From positions 1 through 39,060 of the forward strand of contig JACRKD010000025.1 of NCBI GenBank assembly GCA_016215345.1: a stretch of 39,060 nucleotides of DNA, written 5' to 3'. Every line of letters starts with the position of its first letter. Within the stretch, counting starts at the first letter, position 1. The position numbers and the translations under genes were made by a program. Of this stretch, positions 35,963-39,060 are shown piece by piece. Below the pieces are notes generated by a model. It was not told where the DNA came from. It saw only the letters and a list, made by a program, of their open reading frames with translations, and did no database searches. The stretch is from Candidatus Vogelbacteria bacterium (lineage in GTDB: Bacteria; Patescibacteriota; Minisyncoccia; Phycocordibacterales; UBA12445).

Positions 35963-36508
35963 ATGAGAGCACCAATAGAAAATAAATACCTGGACGAAGA
36001 AAGTTACAAAACTTGTGTAACAAATCTTACTTTAAAATATTTAGATATTCTTGTCATTGTAAAAACCAAGGGGTGTCAAGACAAATTCCTGTTAGGAAAA
36101 CGTAACGAGAATCTAGCCAAAGGAATGTTCTGGTTGGCCGGTGGCCGATCCAAACAATTTATAGAATACAATCAAAGAGCATCGGAACTTGTCGCCGAAG
36201 ACTTCGGTGTCTCGCTTAAGTCATCAAACTTAATTCCCATAGGATATGCCAGATTACTTTGGACAACAGGAGCATTTACAGACAAAAATGGCTCAAGAAT
36301 TAACGCCGACAGTGATGTCTCATTATTTTCAGTCGAAATAGCTCCCGAAACGGTATTTAAAACCGGACAATGCTTCAGTGATGTTAAACTATTTGATGAA
36401 GACGATGCGTGCAAACAAAATGAATATGTAAATTATGCGATTGACTGCTATAATTACCATAAAAGGCACGGCACCCCTAATCCATGGCTAAAAGAAATCG
36501 ATTTTTAA
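35963..36508 (+). CDS. Hypothetical protein inside the nonulosonate cluster (possible degenerate Nudix-like fold)
   Basis: 181-aa ORF, tightly packed (3 nt after neuB-like, 12 nt before the aminotransferase). LLGKRNENLAKGMFWLAGGRSKQFIEYNQRASELVAEDFGV is only loosely Nudix-like: spacing and Glu residues do not fit the canonical box. Confidence 0.55.
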   Translation: MRAPIENKYLDEESYKTCVTNLTLKYLDILVIVKTKGCQDKFLLGKRNENLAKGMFWLAGGRSKQFIEYNQRASELVAEDFGVSLKSSNLIPIGYARLLWTTGAFTDKNGSRINADSDVSLFSVEIAPETVFKTGQCFSDVKLFDEDDACKQNEYVNYAIDCYNYHKRHGTPNPWLKEIDF

Positions 36509-36520
36509 TCATATCCACGT

Positions 36521-37633
36521 ATGAAATTCTATCCAGTATTAGAGCCGGTCATAGGTCAAAAGGAAAAAGAGTATATCAACGATTGCATAAACTCCGGCTG
36601 GATTAGTTCCAACGGAAAATATGTAAAACAGTTCGAGGAAGCATTCGCGAAATGGAATGGCGTAAAATATGCAGACGCGGTATGCAATGGCACTGTAAGT
36701 TTGCACCTGATATTACTAGCCCTTGGAATCAAGCCCGGGGATGAGGTTATCGTTCCCGACTGCACTTACGTGGCAACGGCCAACTCGGTGCTATATGTCG
36801 GCGCCAAACCTATCTTTATAGATTGTAAAGAAGATACCCTTAACATCGACCCCCTAAAGATTGAAGAGAAAATCACAAGAAACACAAGGGCAATAATAGT
36901 CGTTCATTTATTCGGCAACCCTTGCGACATGGGGACAATAATGGGAATAGCGAGGAAGCATAAACTGCTCGTTATCGAAGATGCGGCTGAAGCGCATGGT
37001 GCCTTGTTCAGAAACAAAATGGTTGGAACATTCGGAATAGCCAATTCTTATAGCTTTTTTGGGAACAAAATCATGACCACTGGCGAGGGCGGGGCCGTTG
37101 TAACCAACTCAAAAAAAGTACATAGGATCATTTCGTTGTTAAAAAATCAGGGACAAAATCCAAAACATCGAAAATACTACCATGACTGCCTGGCATACAA
37201 CTACAGATTAACCAATTTGCAAGCAGCGGTTGGGATTGGACAACTTGAACAAATAGATAGATTTTTAGAAACCAAAAGAAATATAAACAGCTGGTATCGT
37301 GAGTTCCTATCCCCTCTCGTCGAAAAAGGGATTATTAATTTCCAAGAGGCTACACCGAACTCCGCTCCCTCATGGTGGGTCACAACAATACTCATAAACA
37401 CTGTGGCCGTAAACAAACTTGCCGTCCAGCTTAGAGCTGCGAGTATTGATACCCGCCCATGCTTCTATCCAATGCATAAACAACCGCACCTAAAACAAAC
37501 AGGCAACTTCCCCAAGAGCGACCGCGTGGCCAAAAGCGGCATGATTGTACCTTCCAGTTCTTCTCTCGCCAAAAATGATGTCGAAGTAATAAGCAAAGTA
37601 CTGACAGAATTGCTGACTAAAAAAAATAAATAA
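36521..37633 (+). CDS. DegT/DnrJ/EryC1/StrS-family PLP-dependent sugar aminotransferase (LegC/PseC-like)
   Basis: 370 aa. GDEVIVPDCTYVATANSV, IEDAAEAHGA and SFFGNKIMTTGEGGAV (PLP lysine). Confidence 0.93.
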   Translation: MKFYPVLEPVIGQKEKEYINDCINSGWISSNGKYVKQFEEAFAKWNGVKYADAVCNGTVSLHLILLALGIKPGDEVIVPDCTYVATANSVLYVGAKPIFIDCKEDTLNIDPLKIEEKITRNTRAIIVVHLFGNPCDMGTIMGIARKHKLLVIEDAAEAHGALFRNKMVGTFGIANSYSFFGNKIMTTGEGGAVVTNSKKVHRIISLLKNQGQNPKHRKYYHDCLAYNYRLTNLQAAVGIGQLEQIDRFLETKRNINSWYREFLSPLVEKGIINFQEATPNSAPSWWVTTILINTVAVNKLAVQLRAASIDTRPCFYPMHKQPHLKQTGNFPKSDRVAKSGMIVPSSSSLAKNDVEVISKVLTELLTKKNK

Positions 37634-37637
37634 TGGC

Positions 37638-38480
37638 GTGAACAACGAGGTAAAAGAAAAAATCAAAAAGGTACCTATTTTGGGACCAATACTGTCAAAA
37701 CTATACTGGGTTTTTTATATAGACCGACACAATAAAAAACAACTCCTAAAAAACCGGGGGCTTAAAAACGTGGAACATGGAAAAAAATGCTTTATAATAG
37801 CGACCGGGCCGTCAGTAAAAACGCTCGATTTGAAAGTTCTGACTGGAGAATTATGTATAAGCGTTAGCAACTTTTTTGTACACCCAGATTTTAACATCAT
37901 TAAACCAAAATACCATATTTTTGTTCCGCTGTGGCCAACTGTAACCGAAGAACAATGCATACTACTATTCGAAGATGCAGAAAAATATTTCCCTGGGGGC
38001 CAGAATGTTCTTGTCGCTGTTACAGATAGACATATCATTGAAAAAAATAAACTATTCTTAAAACAAAATATTTTCTATCACTATATAGGAAGTAATCAGT
38101 TAAATGCGGTAAGCGAAATAGACTTTTCAAAACCAATACCGGAAATCCAAACGTCCGCGCAAATAACCATTTATCTGGGATTATATTTAGGCTGTGAAAA
38201 AATGTACATGCTCGGGTGTGATCATGACTGGATCTTACATTATGGTGAAACACGCCATTTTTATGATGAGAAAAGTAGCGCGGCCTCCAGAGCCGGATTT
38301 AATGAGTGGAAAAATACCGATCTAGAAATAACTTTTATGTCATATTTAAATCTATGGAGAATATACAAACTGATAAGGGTATACGCGATGAGCAAGGGAG
38401 TCTCTATTTATAATAGTCCAACCAGCCTCCTAGATGTATTCCCCAAAATGACACTAGAAGATTTCTTTAGCCTAAAATGA
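37638..38480 (+). CDS. Putative nonulosonate (sialyl-like) transferase; DUF115/MptE-like (Maf) or GT42-like
   Basis: 280 aa with a GTG start. KCFIIATGPSVKTLDLKVL...CISVSNFFVHPDF parallels the (G)NGPSL...D(V)FRCNQFYFE block of CstII/Maf-type proteins. Genomic context supports the call. The family assignment is uncertain. Confidence 0.55.
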   Translation: MNNEVKEKIKKVPILGPILSKLYWVFYIDRHNKKQLLKNRGLKNVEHGKKCFIIATGPSVKTLDLKVLTGELCISVSNFFVHPDFNIIKPKYHIFVPLWPTVTEEQCILLFEDAEKYFPGGQNVLVAVTDRHIIEKNKLFLKQNIFYHYIGSNQLNAVSEIDFSKPIPEIQTSAQITIYLGLYLGCEKMYMLGCDHDWILHYGETRHFYDEKSSAASRAGFNEWKNTDLEITFMSYLNLWRIYKLIRVYAMSKGVSIYNSPTSLLDVFPKMTLEDFFSLK

Positions 38481-38983
38481 AAAAAATAATAAGAGAAATA
38501 ATACCGCCAATCATAATAAGAAAATACCGAGATCTTAAAAAACAAAATGGATTTTTTGGTAATTATGACACATGGAAAGAAGCCGCAAATGAAACGACCG
38601 GCTATGACACTCAAAAAATACTTGAAAAAGTTAGAGCCTCTATCTGGAAGGTCAAAAGTGGAGAAGCCGCATATGAACGCGATTCCATTCTTTTTAATAA
38701 AGTGCAGTATGCATGGCCAGTTTTGTCTTGTCTCCTGTACGTAGCAACCAAAAACCAAGACAGACTTAACGTATTAGACTTCGGTGGTTCACTCGGGAGT
38801 AGTTACTATCAGAATGTAAAATTTTTAAACCATTTGCTTGAACTGCGCTGGAACATAGTAGAGCAAAAAAAATTTGTAGAGGTCGGGAGAGAGACATTTG
38901 AAAATGACTATCTGAAATTTTATAGTACCTACGCAAACAATACCAAACCACGAGTTTTTGTGCAATACTATGGGTGTCCATAA
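38477..38983 (+). CDS. TIGR04325-family (LIC12133-like) SAM-dependent methyltransferase, apparently truncated after motif I by an in-frame TAA
   Basis: 168 aa. FGNYDTWKEAANETTGYDTQKILEKV...GEAAYERDSILFNKVQYAWPVLSCLL...LNVLDFGGSLGSSYYQ matches my recollection of the family N-terminal half. Family members are usually much longer, roughly 250 aa or more. Confidence 0.65.
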   Translation: MKKIIREIIPPIIIRKYRDLKKQNGFFGNYDTWKEAANETTGYDTQKILEKVRASIWKVKSGEAAYERDSILFNKVQYAWPVLSCLLYVATKNQDRLNVLDFGGSLGSSYYQNVKFLNHLLELRWNIVEQKKFVEVGRETFENDYLKFYSTYANNTKPRVFVQYYGCP

Positions 38984-38995
38984 CCCGGACACATT

Positions 38996-39060
38996 ATGAC
39001 TAAAACATTTAATCTTGAAACGTACACGAACTTCCTCATTGCCAATGGTAATCGATATTC
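38996..39060 (+). CDS. Partial ORF running off the window end, in the same frame as the preceding methyltransferase ORF (either its continuation or a new gene)
   Basis: ATG 38996 gives MTKTFNLETYTNFLIANGNRY... with no stop to 39060. The frame is also open from 38984, directly after the TAA. Confidence 0.3.
   Translation, partial: MTKTFNLETYTNFLIANGNRY

Noticed and set aside
1-39060. CRISPR arrays, rRNA or tRNA genes, and alternative genetic code (UGA recoding as in some CPR lineages)
   Set aside because: I saw no regularly spaced direct repeats and no rRNA-like or cloverleaf-compatible segments in the intergenic regions. All conserved genes are full length under the standard code, so recoding is not needed.

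Overview
39-kb chromosomal window read with the standard bacterial code. No conserved gene needs recoding. Gene content and organisation fit best with a small-genome Candidate Phyla Radiation / Patescibacteria (Parcubacteria-like) bacterium; this placement is an inference. Left to right: (1) The 5' end of an IS200/IS605 element (tnpA N-terminus plus hairpin-rich end) abuts a LOG/TIGR00725-like gene, a beta-CASP MBL ribonuclease and ndk. (2) The distal half of the spc ribosomal cluster lies on the minus strand (rpsZ-rpsH-rplF-rplR-rpsE-rplO-secY-adk-map). It has no rpmD (L30), and it is cut off upstream of S14, where a consensus promoter sits inside a mirror-image divergent promoter. (3) A G+C-rich, self-contained ~0.8-kb plus-strand transcription unit follows, with a long leader and an orphan 155-aa ORF. 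(4) A ~1405-aa secreted protein (Zn-phospholipase C/P1-nuclease-like domain, Pro-rich linker, two tandem beta-sandwich repeats, lamin-tail domain, beta-helix) is split by a +1 frameshift at a G8 tract. (5) Next come envelope and housekeeping genes: an HtrA-like protease, membrane proteins, malic enzyme, a G+C-rich EamA transporter, cspA, and an exonuclease/Nudix/UDG4 operon. (6) A glycan island begins with a Wzy_C-TPR protein plus an LTD-PKD protein on the minus strand. A divergent, A+T-rich 11.5-kb plus-strand cluster follows: GT39/ArnT-like, gmd, fcl, wzm, wzt, GT10 fucosyltransferase, neuA-like, neuB-like, DegT aminotransferase, a putative nonulosonate transferase and a TIGR04325 methyltransferase. 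No rRNA, tRNA or CRISPR array was recognised. The most unusual items are the orphan transcription unit with its mirrored promoter, the frameshifted giant LTD protein, and a fucose plus nonulosonic-acid glycan system in a presumed outer-membrane-less lineage.
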